Part shown: piece by piece, positions 38,478 to 47,228 of the stretch | Numbering within the stretch: the first letter of the stretch is position 1 | Layout of the letters: each line of letters begins with the position of its first letter | DNA from: Candidatus Poribacteria bacterium | GTDB taxonomy: Bacteria > Poribacteria > WGA-4E > WGA-3G | DNA length: 64,000 bases | Reading direction: 5' to 3' | Assembly (NCBI GenBank): GCA_963663765.2 | Contig: CAXXUA010000005.1 | Span: 160,001 to 224,000, forward strand | Program-made: the position numbers and the translations under genes | Notes under the pieces: generated by a model | Told to the model about the DNA's origin: nothing | The model's input: only the letters and a program-made list of their open reading frames with translations | Databases searched by the model: none

Positions 38478-39296
38478 ATGCGGAAAAAGATACTGTCTGC
38501 GCCGACAATATTCTATCCGGAATCAGACGGTCAACCGATGGCAGAAACAGATACACACAGAAAACAGATGAATGATACGATCTTGACTCTTGAAAAGCAT
38601 TTTGAGGGTCAACCGGATGTATATATATCAGGTAACCTTCTTGTGTATTATGTTGAAGGAGATCCTCGGAAGAGTATTTCTCCGGATGTTTTTGTTGTGT
38701 TTGGAGTTGAAAAGAAGGCACGAAATACCTACTTGGTTTGGGAGGAGGCAAACACGCCTGATTTTGTGTTAGAGGTTGCGAGTCCGAGTACGATTTCTAA
38801 AGATTTGGGAGATAAGAAGAAGTTATATGCGTCAGTTTTCGGTGTGAAGGAGTATTTCATTTTTGATCCGTTAGGAGAGATAGTTTCAAGTTTTGTTGGT
38901 TTTCGTTTGGTTGATGGTGAATACCGAGAGATAGAATTTGTTGATGGTCGATTACCATCAAGCGTGTTGGGTTTAGAGTTGGGTGAGGTAGATGGTGAGT
39001 TGCGTATGTATGACACGATCAAGTCAGAGTGGTTGTCTACTCCGACTGAACGTGCTGATATTGCTGAGGAACGTGCGGAACGGGAAGCAATCGCGCGAAA
39101 ACATGCTGAGGAACGTGCGGAAAAGGATGCAGTCGCGCGAAAAAGTGCTGAGGAGCGTGCGGAAAAGGATGCAGTCGCGCGAAAACATGCTGAGGAGCGT
39201 GCAGAACAGCAGAGCATAGCGCGACAAGGTTTAGAATCTGATCTTGAAGAAGCTTTAGCAGAAATTGAAAGGTTACGCGGCATAACAAAAGGTTAA
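38478..39296 (+). CDS. Uma2 family (DUF820) PD-(D/E)xK endonuclease with C-terminal coiled-coil repeats
   Basis: YPESDGQPMAE, SPDVFV, PDFVLEVASPST and EYFIFDP. Confidence 0.9.
   Translation: MRKKILSAPTIFYPESDGQPMAETDTHRKQMNDTILTLEKHFEGQPDVYISGNLLVYYVEGDPRKSISPDVFVVFGVEKKARNTYLVWEEANTPDFVLEVASPSTISKDLGDKKKLYASVFGVKEYFIFDPLGEIVSSFVGFRLVDGEYREIEFVDGRLPSSVLGLELGEVDGELRMYDTIKSEWLSTPTERADIAEERAEREAIARKHAEERAEKDAVARKSAEERAEKDAVARKHAEERAEQQSIARQGLESDLEEALAEIERLRGITKG
39063..39222 (+). repeat. 42-bp coding tandem repeat (AEERAEKDAVARKH), ~3.8 copies
   Basis: Units start at 39063, 39105, 39147 and 39189. Confidence 0.9.
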
Positions 39297-39357
39297 TTTA
39301 GGTTAACAGAACAATTGTGCATTTATTGATTGTAATAAGAAGGAGGAGGGTAGATGA

Positions 39358-40830
39358 ATGGATGAGTCAAATGAGTTGATGCGCCAACGTAAAGAGAAAT
39401 TAAGTGAAATCCGCAAAGCAGGTATAGACCCTTACCCACATAAATTCACCCCAACCCATACGACAGTAGTCATTCGGAAAGATTTTGATGAAGTTGATGA
39501 TACTCCGGACGAAACGCATCGTGTCACGGTTGCGGGTAGAATCATGACGAAACGCGATCATGGTAAGAGTAGTTTTGCGAATCTTCAGGACAGCGAGGGA
39601 CAGATCCAGATTTATGTGCGGAGAGATGGTGTTGGTGCAGAGTCTTATTTGATCTATCGTCGTTTTGATGTAGGTGATATTATCGGTGTGAGTGGTGTTG
39701 TATTCCGTACGCGTACTGGTGAATTGACGATTTTGGTTGATGAAGTGGAGCTTTTGTCTAAGTCCATCCGTACGTTACCGGAAAAGTGGCATGGCTTACA
39801 AGATAAGCAGACTCGGTATAGGCAGCGTTATGCGGATCTCATCATGAATCCGGAAGTGAAGTCGGTATTCATTAAGCGGACACAGATTGTTCGTACGATC
39901 CGTGAGATGCTGGATGCGCAAAATTTTATTGAAGTAGAAACACCGGTGCTACAACCAATCTATGGTGGTGCGAGTGCGCGTCCGTTTATGACCTACCATA
40001 ACACGTTAGATCAGCAATTTTATCTTCGGATTGCGAATGAACTGTACCTAAAACGTTTGATTGTAGGTGGTTTTGATAGGGTTTACGAGTTTTCGCGTGA
40101 TTTTCGTAATGAAGGGATGGATCGCGATCACAACCCGGAATTCACGATGCTTGAACTCTATGTAGCTTATGCTGATTATCTTGAGATTATGGAGTTAACA
40201 GAAAATCTGATTGCAGCAACTGTTGAGAAGTTACACGGGTCGAAACAGATAAGTTATCAAGAGAAAGCGTTAGATTTTTCCCCACCGTGGCAGAGAATGA
40301 CGATGATAGAGTCAATTCAGCAGCATGCCGATATTGATCCTGAATTGCTTACTAAGCATGAGCTTTATACAACAGCAGTTGCTGCAGGCGTTGCGTTAGA
40401 GGGCGATGAATCGCGGGGTGAAATCATTGCAGAACTGTTTGATGTTTTTGTGGAGTCGAAACTGGATCAACCGACGATTATCTATGACTATCCGATTGAG
40501 GTATCTCCGTTTGCGAAAAAGAAGCCGGAGAATCCTGATTTTGTAGAACGTTTTGAATTTTTTATGTGTGGCATGGAAGTCGGTAATGCGTTTAGTGAAC
40601 TTAATGACCCGATTGATCAACGTCAGCGTTTTATGGAGCAAGCGAGTAAATTGGAACAGGGAGATGAGGAAGCATTTATGGTAGACGAAGATTACCTTCG
40701 TGCGTTGGAGTATGGTATGCCGCCGACGGGTGGTTTGGGAATAGGGATTGATAGGTTGACGATGTTATTGACAGATCAGTATTCTATCCGCGATGTGATT
40801 TTGTTTCCCCAGATGCGTCCTGAAAACTAA
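39358..40830 (+). CDS. lysS: Lysine--tRNA ligase (class II)
   Basis: LPEKWHGL, RYRQRY, FRNEG, HNPEFT and GMPPTGGLGIGIDRL. Confidence 0.97.
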   Translation: MDESNELMRQRKEKLSEIRKAGIDPYPHKFTPTHTTVVIRKDFDEVDDTPDETHRVTVAGRIMTKRDHGKSSFANLQDSEGQIQIYVRRDGVGAESYLIYRRFDVGDIIGVSGVVFRTRTGELTILVDEVELLSKSIRTLPEKWHGLQDKQTRYRQRYADLIMNPEVKSVFIKRTQIVRTIREMLDAQNFIEVETPVLQPIYGGASARPFMTYHNTLDQQFYLRIANELYLKRLIVGGFDRVYEFSRDFRNEGMDRDHNPEFTMLELYVAYADYLEIMELTENLIAATVEKLHGSKQISYQEKALDFSPPWQRMTMIESIQQHADIDPELLTKHELYTTAVAAGVALEGDESRGEIIAELFDVFVESKLDQPTIIYDYPIEVSPFAKKKPENPDFVERFEFFMCGMEVGNAFSELNDPIDQRQRFMEQASKLEQGDEEAFMVDEDYLRALEYGMPPTGGLGIGIDRLTMLLTDQYSIRDVILFPQMRPEN

Positions 40831-40831
40831 A

Positions 40832-41389
40832 ATGATAACTGCACCGACACTTCACACGGAGAGATTGATTCTGCGTTCATTTACGCTTGATGACGCCCCA
40901 GATGTGCAACGGATTACAAGTAATCCTGATATTGTATCCACTACACCTGGCACAGAGGAGTTGCACAAAGACGGCATGGCAGAGGATTGGATTGTATTCG
41001 GTCAGAAATGGTTTGAAAGTGGTTCAGGAGTGGCTTTTGCAGTCATACTAAGAGCAGATGGCACCTTTCTTGGTGACGTAGAATTAAATATCCGAAACCA
41101 TCTACCGTACAATGATGCGTTTCTTGGTTATTGGATTGGAAAACCGTATTGGAATAATGGGTATTGTACTGAGGCAGCAAAAGCAGTAGTTACGTATGGA
41201 TTTCGTGAGTGTGGTTTAGATAGTATTCTCGCGTATCACTTTGCCAGAAATCCTGCGTCTGGTCGTGTAATGCAAAAGATCGGCATGAAGTATTGGGACT
41301 ACTTTCCGAATCAAGTTGAACACTTGGGTGTTTTGGAAGATGAGGTAGGTTATTCGATTTCAAAGGATGAGTTTTTAGCATCATGTTAA
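40832..41389 (+). CDS. GNAT N-acetyltransferase, RimJ/RimL family
   Basis: TERLILR, GYWIGKPYWNNGY and NPASGRVMQKIGM. Confidence 0.9.
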   Translation: MITAPTLHTERLILRSFTLDDAPDVQRITSNPDIVSTTPGTEELHKDGMAEDWIVFGQKWFESGSGVAFAVILRADGTFLGDVELNIRNHLPYNDAFLGYWIGKPYWNNGYCTEAAKAVVTYGFRECGLDSILAYHFARNPASGRVMQKIGMKYWDYFPNQVEHLGVLEDEVGYSISKDEFLASC

Positions 41390-41946
41390 CTGTGCCTACA
41401 CTCACGACCGAAAGATTGCTTTTGCGTTCATTTGTCCTTGAGGATTCTTTGGATGTGCAACGTCTTGTAGGTGAACGTGATGTAGCAGCAACAACTTGTG
41501 CTATTCCACATCCATATAAGGAAGGCGTTGCAGAAGCGTGGATTGGTAGCCATGATAAGGCTTTGAAAAATGGTTCTGGAATTGTTTTTGCGATCACGTT
41601 GAAAGATTCTCATGAATTTGATGAGTCTATTTTGATTGGTGCGATAGACATAAGAATTGACAAGGCGGAAAAGATTGGTGAACTCGGTTATTGGATTGGT
41701 AAACCCTATTGGGGTTGTGGGTATTGTACAGAAGCAGCGAAAGTAATCTTAGCCTATAGTTTTGACGTTTTAGAGTTAAGGAGTGTTCAAGCATTTTACT
41801 TTAAAGATAACCCTGCATCGGGACGAGTATTGCAAAAGATTGGTATGCAGTTTGAAGCGGAATATCCTCGTGCAGCGGAGAAATGGGGTGTTTTAGTAGA
41901 TTTAGTCAAGTACAGTATTCAATATAAAACATACAATTCACGGTAG
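41383..41946 (+). CDS. GNAT N-acetyltransferase, RimJ/RimL family (tandem paralog)
   Basis: TERLLLR, GYWIGKPYWGCGY and NPASGRVLQKIGM. Confidence 0.9.
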   Translation: MLTVPTLTTERLLLRSFVLEDSLDVQRLVGERDVAATTCAIPHPYKEGVAEAWIGSHDKALKNGSGIVFAITLKDSHEFDESILIGAIDIRIDKAEKIGELGYWIGKPYWGCGYCTEAAKVILAYSFDVLELRSVQAFYFKDNPASGRVLQKIGMQFEAEYPRAAEKWGVLVDLVKYSIQYKTYNSR

Positions 41947-42097
41947 TGTGAGGGACATCATAAATTATGATGAAAATCAAGAAATTATCAGCATTTTATA
42001 GGTTTCCAGCGCGCTTCCAAAACACAAGTACCGTTTTTGTGTAAGTCCTTGAATGAATTAGTATCTCAAGAGTTAGGAATTTGTCTGATAGTTGACT

Positions 42098-43183
42098 ATG
42101 AAACTAAACATAATAGAAGCGTTAGCATTTTTTGATTTTCCGATAGAACAATTTCACGATAGAAGCATTCGTTGGTTGCTTGAAGACAAAGAAAATGTCA
42201 AAGGGCTTTTTGAAATTCTCTCAACACATCTGGTAGAACAGATAGATTTTTCGCAACTCACGCTTATCAACAAGACTTATATTCCTGACAACTTGCGCAA
42301 ACAAGAGTCTGACATGATATGTTCTGTTCCGTTTCGTGGTGAGTCGGAAACTGAGAAGTTATTGATTTATATCCTGATAGAACACCAATCCACAGTAGAC
42401 ATATCCATGGGGTATCGTGTATTATTTTATATGACGCAGATATGGGATGCGCAGCGGCGTGATTGGGAATCCAATAACCTTCCGAAAAGTCAGTGGCGTT
42501 TGCAGCCGATTGTTCCGATTGTGTTATATACAGGGGATGGAAAATGGAAGCATCCGCTGACTCTGCATGCGATGATGGATGTGCCAGAGCCGTTAAAAGG
42601 TTTTGTTCCATCTTATGATATATTATTTCTGAATGTGAAGGGTACGGATAGGTCTGACCTTACGCGAACTGATCATCCATTCGGTTGGCTACTGACTGTG
42701 TTGCAAAAGGAACATGGGAGTATAAATGAGTTAATGAGTGCAATATCAGAAGCCGTTAGACATATTGATACGCTTGATGCTGATGATGTACAGCAATGGC
42801 AACGCGCGGTCTTTTATCTCTATTTGCTGATAATGCATCGTCGTCCACCAACTGACCACGAAGTATTGAAATCGTTGGTACGAGAAAACATACAAAATAC
42901 TGTTCATCAAGAGGAGGAAGAACTAATGGAAAGGACTATGGCTGAACATCTCATAAAACAAGGTATTGAACAAGGTTTTGAGCAAGGCATTGAAAAAGGT
43001 GAGAAACGCGGTAAGATACAAGCTAAACGTGAGACACTTTTGAAAATGCTTGATCTGCGTATCGGTTCTGTGCCAGTTTCTGTAGCGAATAAAGTTTCAA
43101 GGATGCGGAGTCTTACTCGCCTGGACTCTCTTTTGGAACAGGTTGCTACTGCTAATGTGCTGGATGATATTGATTGGAAATGA
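42098..43183 (+). CDS. Rpn family recombination-promoting nuclease / PD-(D/E)xK putative transposase
   Basis: HD, ESD, YILIEHQS, PIVLYTG and C-term GIEQG repeats; ATG 42098 (track start TTG 42092). Confidence 0.9.
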   Translation: MKLNIIEALAFFDFPIEQFHDRSIRWLLEDKENVKGLFEILSTHLVEQIDFSQLTLINKTYIPDNLRKQESDMICSVPFRGESETEKLLIYILIEHQSTVDISMGYRVLFYMTQIWDAQRRDWESNNLPKSQWRLQPIVPIVLYTGDGKWKHPLTLHAMMDVPEPLKGFVPSYDILFLNVKGTDRSDLTRTDHPFGWLLTVLQKEHGSINELMSAISEAVRHIDTLDADDVQQWQRAVFYLYLLIMHRRPPTDHEVLKSLVRENIQNTVHQEEEELMERTMAEHLIKQGIEQGFEQGIEKGEKRGKIQAKRETLLKMLDLRIGSVPVSVANKVSRMRSLTRLDSLLEQVATANVLDDIDWK

Positions 43184-43627
43184 TGATTTTGTGTTCAGAA
43201 TGCGACTTGTATGTATATGGCTGCTGATAATGCATCGTCGTCCACCAACTGACCACGAAGTATTGAAATCGTTGGTACGAGAAAACATACAAAATACTGT
43301 TCATCAAGAGGAGGAAGAACTAATGGAAAGGACTATGGCTGAACATCTCATAAAACAAGGTATTGAACAAGGTTTTGAGCAAGGCATTGAAAAAGGCATT
43401 GAAAAAGGCATTGAAAAAGGTGAGAAACGCGGTAAGATACAAGCTAAACGTGAGACACTTTTGAAAATGCTTGATCTGCGTATCGGTTCTGTGCCAGTTT
43501 CTGTAGCGAATAAAGTTTCAAGGATGCGGAGTCTTACTCGCCTGGACTCTCTTTTGGAACAGGTTGCTACTGCTAATGTGCTGGATGATATTGATTGGAA
43601 ATGATGATTTTGTGTTCAGAATGCGAC
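42825..43627 (+). repeat. Tandem duplication of the Rpn 3' end (42825-43206 and 43222-43627)
   Basis: Copies appear identical by eye except two extra 12-bp GGCATTGAAAAA units in copy 2. Confidence 0.92.
43323..43604 (+). CDS. Stand-alone Rpn C-terminal small protein (RpnS-like), 93 aa
   Basis: GAGGAGG RBS then ATG GAA AGG; same as Rpn 42926-43183 plus GIEK x2. Confidence 0.65.
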   Translation: MERTMAEHLIKQGIEQGFEQGIEKGIEKGIEKGEKRGKIQAKRETLLKMLDLRIGSVPVSVANKVSRMRSLTRLDSLLEQVATANVLDDIDWK

Positions 43628-43714
43628 ATGTCTATTTATTGATTTTGGTATAGGTTTTTGTGGTAAGATGTGTATTTACGAAGGACAATATCCGAATTTG
43701 AAATGCATATCAAA

Positions 43715-43907
43715 CAGGACTTACGCAGTTTTCATGATTTAAACAAGAATTGTGATGAAAATGATGGAATTTTCAGAAATACTTATGTAGCCAGCGAGCT
43801 TACAAAGCACCAAATCAAGTAATCAACGGTATGAATACCTTATGGTATTCCCCGGGTATAAATGCCATTTAGGCATTCCCCGCATACCATTGGGTACGTA
43901 AGTCCTG
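43715..43907. mobile_element. CAGGACTTACGCA-family MITE with 5-bp TSD TCAAA and GAATGCC insert
   Basis: Inverted ends; TCAAA at 43710-43714 and 43908-43912. Confidence 0.75.
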
Positions 43908-43992
43908 TCAAATTCACAATATAATTTACTAACACTGATTGTTTATTAGGCTACATTTGCCTTTAAAAACTTTTTTACGAATTCCAAAATAT

Positions 43993-45462
43993 ATGAAATT
44001 TGAATGGTTTGTAGCCTCACGTTATTTACTTTCACGTAGAAAACAGTCGTTTATCTCGATCATCAGTATCATTTCAATTGCAGGTGTTGGTCTCGGTGTT
44101 GCGACGGTGATATTAGTGATTGCTGTGCTTGATGGTGTTGAACATGGACTTAGAGATAGGTTTCTTTCGAATGAGGCACATGTCGTCCTACGATTAATTG
44201 GTAACAATTTCTTCAGTGATTATCAAGATAAAATTGAACGAATTACGAATGTTGGGGGTGTTGTAGCTGCGTCACCCGTTGTGTATTCACAGATGGGTGT
44301 TTTCCAAACGGGGAGTGAAGGTATAAAGGACACTATTTTTGTGAAAGGCATAGATACGGTGCAAGAGGATGAAGTGACGGGTTTTTCACATTTTGTTGAG
44401 GGTTCGGTAGACTTTCAGGTATCCCCATTGATAGAGGAAGCAGCACTCAGAGAAGGTGAGACGATTGCAGGAGGTATGGTGGTTGGTTCTCGCTTGGCGG
44501 CACGTTTGGGGATCGGAGTGGGTGATGTTTTAAGGCTTGTGGTAAGTCTTGAGGAGAATCCAGGTTCTGTTGGATCCCCTACTTTCTTGGTTGACTTTTC
44601 AAATTTTGTTATTATCGGATTCTACGAATCAGAACTTGCGGTCTACGACAATCAAATTGCGTATATTGCAAAGGAAACTGCGCAAGAACTTTACAAGGCA
44701 AAAGACAAAGTTAATGTAATTTTGGTGAAATTAGAAGATGCGGAGATGGCATCTGAACTCAGTGTATTGATAGAAGATGCTGCGCAGTTTTCAGAAATCA
44801 TTGAAATGCCGATAACGACGACGTGGTTAGAGACGCACGCACCATTGTTTGCTGCGCTGAAGTTGGAAAAGATCGCAACAGTCATTATTGAGGCACTTAT
44901 CATATTGGTTGCTGCTTTTAATATTGCGAGTACGCTAATCATGACGGTGATGGAGAAGACACGTGATGTAGGTACTTTGCGTACTCTGGGTGCATCTCGT
45001 GGAAACATCTTGAAGATTTTTATGATTCAAGGCAGTGTGATCGGTATGTTAGGAACAGTTGCTGGTTCAGCATTAGGTCTGGGTCTGTGTTGGTTGTTGA
45101 GTAATAATGTTGTCAGACCGTCTCCGTTATATGCGTTTGGTGCTATTGCGGTTCTTATTATTTTTCAGGTAGTCATTGCTTTCAGACGTTTGATACCTTA
45201 CGGAACAGTGAGAAAGTTGGGTATGTCAGTTTTCTGGATAGTTGTTGTGGGTTTTGTGTTATACTGCTTTGTTAAACCTATCTCTTTGAAGGAGTTGGGT
45301 TTAAGCGGAATCTATCAAATGAATGAACTTCCAATCAGGGTGAATTGGTTATTTGTGGGTTTCATTAACTTACTCTCCTTTGTAATATGTTGGTTGGGTA
45401 CTATCTATCCTGCATGGCAAGCATCAAATTTGAAACCTATTGAAGCGTTGCAATATGAATAG
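43993..45462 (+). CDS. Lipoprotein-releasing ABC transporter permease LolC/E family
   Basis: FVASRYL..FISIISIISIAGV.LGV, AAFNIASTL.MTVMEK and YPAWQAS.LKPIEAL.YE; next to lolD. Confidence 0.9.
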   Translation: MKFEWFVASRYLLSRRKQSFISIISIISIAGVGLGVATVILVIAVLDGVEHGLRDRFLSNEAHVVLRLIGNNFFSDYQDKIERITNVGGVVAASPVVYSQMGVFQTGSEGIKDTIFVKGIDTVQEDEVTGFSHFVEGSVDFQVSPLIEEAALREGETIAGGMVVGSRLAARLGIGVGDVLRLVVSLEENPGSVGSPTFLVDFSNFVIIGFYESELAVYDNQIAYIAKETAQELYKAKDKVNVILVKLEDAEMASELSVLIEDAAQFSEIIEMPITTTWLETHAPLFAALKLEKIATVIIEALIILVAAFNIASTLIMTVMEKTRDVGTLRTLGASRGNILKIFMIQGSVIGMLGTVAGSALGLGLCWLLSNNVVRPSPLYAFGAIAVLIIFQVVIAFRRLIPYGTVRKLGMSVFWIVVVGFVLYCFVKPISLKELGLSGIYQMNELPIRVNWLFVGFINLLSFVICWLGTIYPAWQASNLKPIEALQYE

Positions 45463-45537
45463 AAAAGTCTAGAAAGCAAGAAGAGGCACAACCTAACAGG
45501 TTATGCTACAGTGTTTGATATAATGTCGTAGGTTTCA

Positions 45538-46245
45538 ATGGAAAACTTAATAAGAATTGACAATTTACGCAAATCGTTTTATGATGGTGACTCTGAACTC
45601 CAAGTTCTTAAGGGTGTGAATCTTGATGTTCGTAAGGCTGAGATACTTGCGATCATGGGTGCATCGGGAGTAGGTAAGAGTACTTTGTTGCATCTATTGG
45701 GAACACTTGATCGTCCAACAGCTGGAAACATCTATTACGAGGAACAAGATATAACGGCATTCTCTGAGCGAGACCTTACTCGTTTTAGAAATGAAGCGAT
45801 TGGATTTGTATTTCAGTTTCACCAATTGTTGCCAGAATTTACTGCATTAGAGAATGTTGCGATGGGTGGTTTAATCCGTAATGCGAAGGGTTTTGTAGCA
45901 GTTAATGGAAGCAGTTTACCCCATAGCGAAGTCAATGAAACAGCTGAACATCTTCTTGATAGTGTTGGTCTTTCAGAACGTCTTGAACATTATCCGAGCC
46001 AACTATCGGGTGGAGAACGACAGAGAGTTGCTATTGCCAGAGCCCTCATCAATCAACCTACGGTTGTGCTTGCAGATGAACCGACAGGTAACATAGATGA
46101 TAAGACGAGTGAATCAGTACTTGATGTATTGCAGGATATCAACGAGCGTCTCAATCAGACTTTTGTGATTGTGACGCATGACTCCCGTCTATCGGCACGT
46201 GCGCACCGAATGGTTCAACTTGTGGATGGAAGAATTGGTGACTAG
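45538..46245 (+). CDS. lolD: Lipoprotein-releasing ABC transporter ATP-binding protein
   Basis: GASGVGKS, GFVFQFHQLLPEF, LSGGERQ and DEPTGN. Confidence 0.9.
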   Translation: MENLIRIDNLRKSFYDGDSELQVLKGVNLDVRKAEILAIMGASGVGKSTLLHLLGTLDRPTAGNIYYEEQDITAFSERDLTRFRNEAIGFVFQFHQLLPEFTALENVAMGGLIRNAKGFVAVNGSSLPHSEVNETAEHLLDSVGLSERLEHYPSQLSGGERQRVAIARALINQPTVVLADEPTGNIDDKTSESVLDVLQDINERLNQTFVIVTHDSRLSARAHRMVQLVDGRIGD

Positions 46246-46285
46246 GAAAAATAAATGACACTTGTTATATAGGAAGGTATAGGTA

Positions 46286-47167
46286 ATGTTGATTTATGTC
46301 GATGGAGAATATTTTTCACCGGAGGAAGCAAAGCTTTCAGTATTTGATCACGGTTTATTGTATGGTGATGGTGTATTTGAAGGCATTCGGTGTTACAATG
46401 GATATGTATTTAAACTGGATGAACACTTAGCAAGGCTGTATGATTCTGCTAAATCTCTTATGTTAAAGATTCCTATTCCGATTGAGGTAATGAAGGAAAG
46501 TGTTCTTGAAACGCTCCGTCGCAATCAACTTCGCGAAGGTTATATCCGTATGGTTGTAACCCGTGGCATTGGTGATTTAGGACTTGATCCGGCAAAATGC
46601 CCTCGTCCGTCAGTCATAATTATTGCGGACAAAATCACGTTATATCCGCAACATTACTATGAAAATGGCTTGGAAATTGTCACAGTTTCAGTTAGAAGGA
46701 ATTATCCTGAAGCGGTCAATCCTCGCATTAAATCGTTAAATTACCTGAACAACATCCTTGCGTTAATAGAAGCGAAGCAATCTGGTGCTGTGGAAGCGCT
46801 GATGCTGAATGCAGATGGATATGTTGCGGAATGTACGGGTGACAACATATTTTTTGTAAGGAATGAGGTAATTGTTACGCCCCCGGCGCATCTTGGTATT
46901 CTTGAAGGTGTTACACGGAATTGTGTGATCTCCTTGGCGCGCGAGGCTGGATTTCAAGTTGAGGAACGTGTTTTTACCCGACATGATATTTATATTGCCG
47001 ATGAATGTTTTTTAACAGGAACAGCAGCGGAAGTGATTCCAGTGGTCAAACTTGACCAACGCGTTATTGGTAATGGTGAACCTGGCAAGGTAACGCAGAA
47101 GCTGATTGATGCCTTCCGTCATTATGCAAACAACTTTGGTACACCTATATTTTCTAAGGATGAATGA
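46286..47167 (+). CDS. ilvE: Branched-chain amino acid aminotransferase
   Basis: DHGLLYGDGVFEG, KSLNYLNN, LEGVTR and ECFLTGTAAE. Confidence 0.93.
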   Translation: MLIYVDGEYFSPEEAKLSVFDHGLLYGDGVFEGIRCYNGYVFKLDEHLARLYDSAKSLMLKIPIPIEVMKESVLETLRRNQLREGYIRMVVTRGIGDLGLDPAKCPRPSVIIIADKITLYPQHYYENGLEIVTVSVRRNYPEAVNPRIKSLNYLNNILALIEAKQSGAVEALMLNADGYVAECTGDNIFFVRNEVIVTPPAHLGILEGVTRNCVISLAREAGFQVEERVFTRHDIYIADECFLTGTAAEVIPVVKLDQRVIGNGEPGKVTQKLIDAFRHYANNFGTPIFSKDE

Positions 47168-47228
47168 AACAAAACAACGGAACAAATCAAACCACCTGAA
47201 ACGCAATTATTGAAGGAGAATATCTATC

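Noticed and set aside
43143-43322. N-terminal 60 aa of the 153-aa track ORF
   Set aside because: It spans the duplication junction; the RBS-supported start is ATG 43323.
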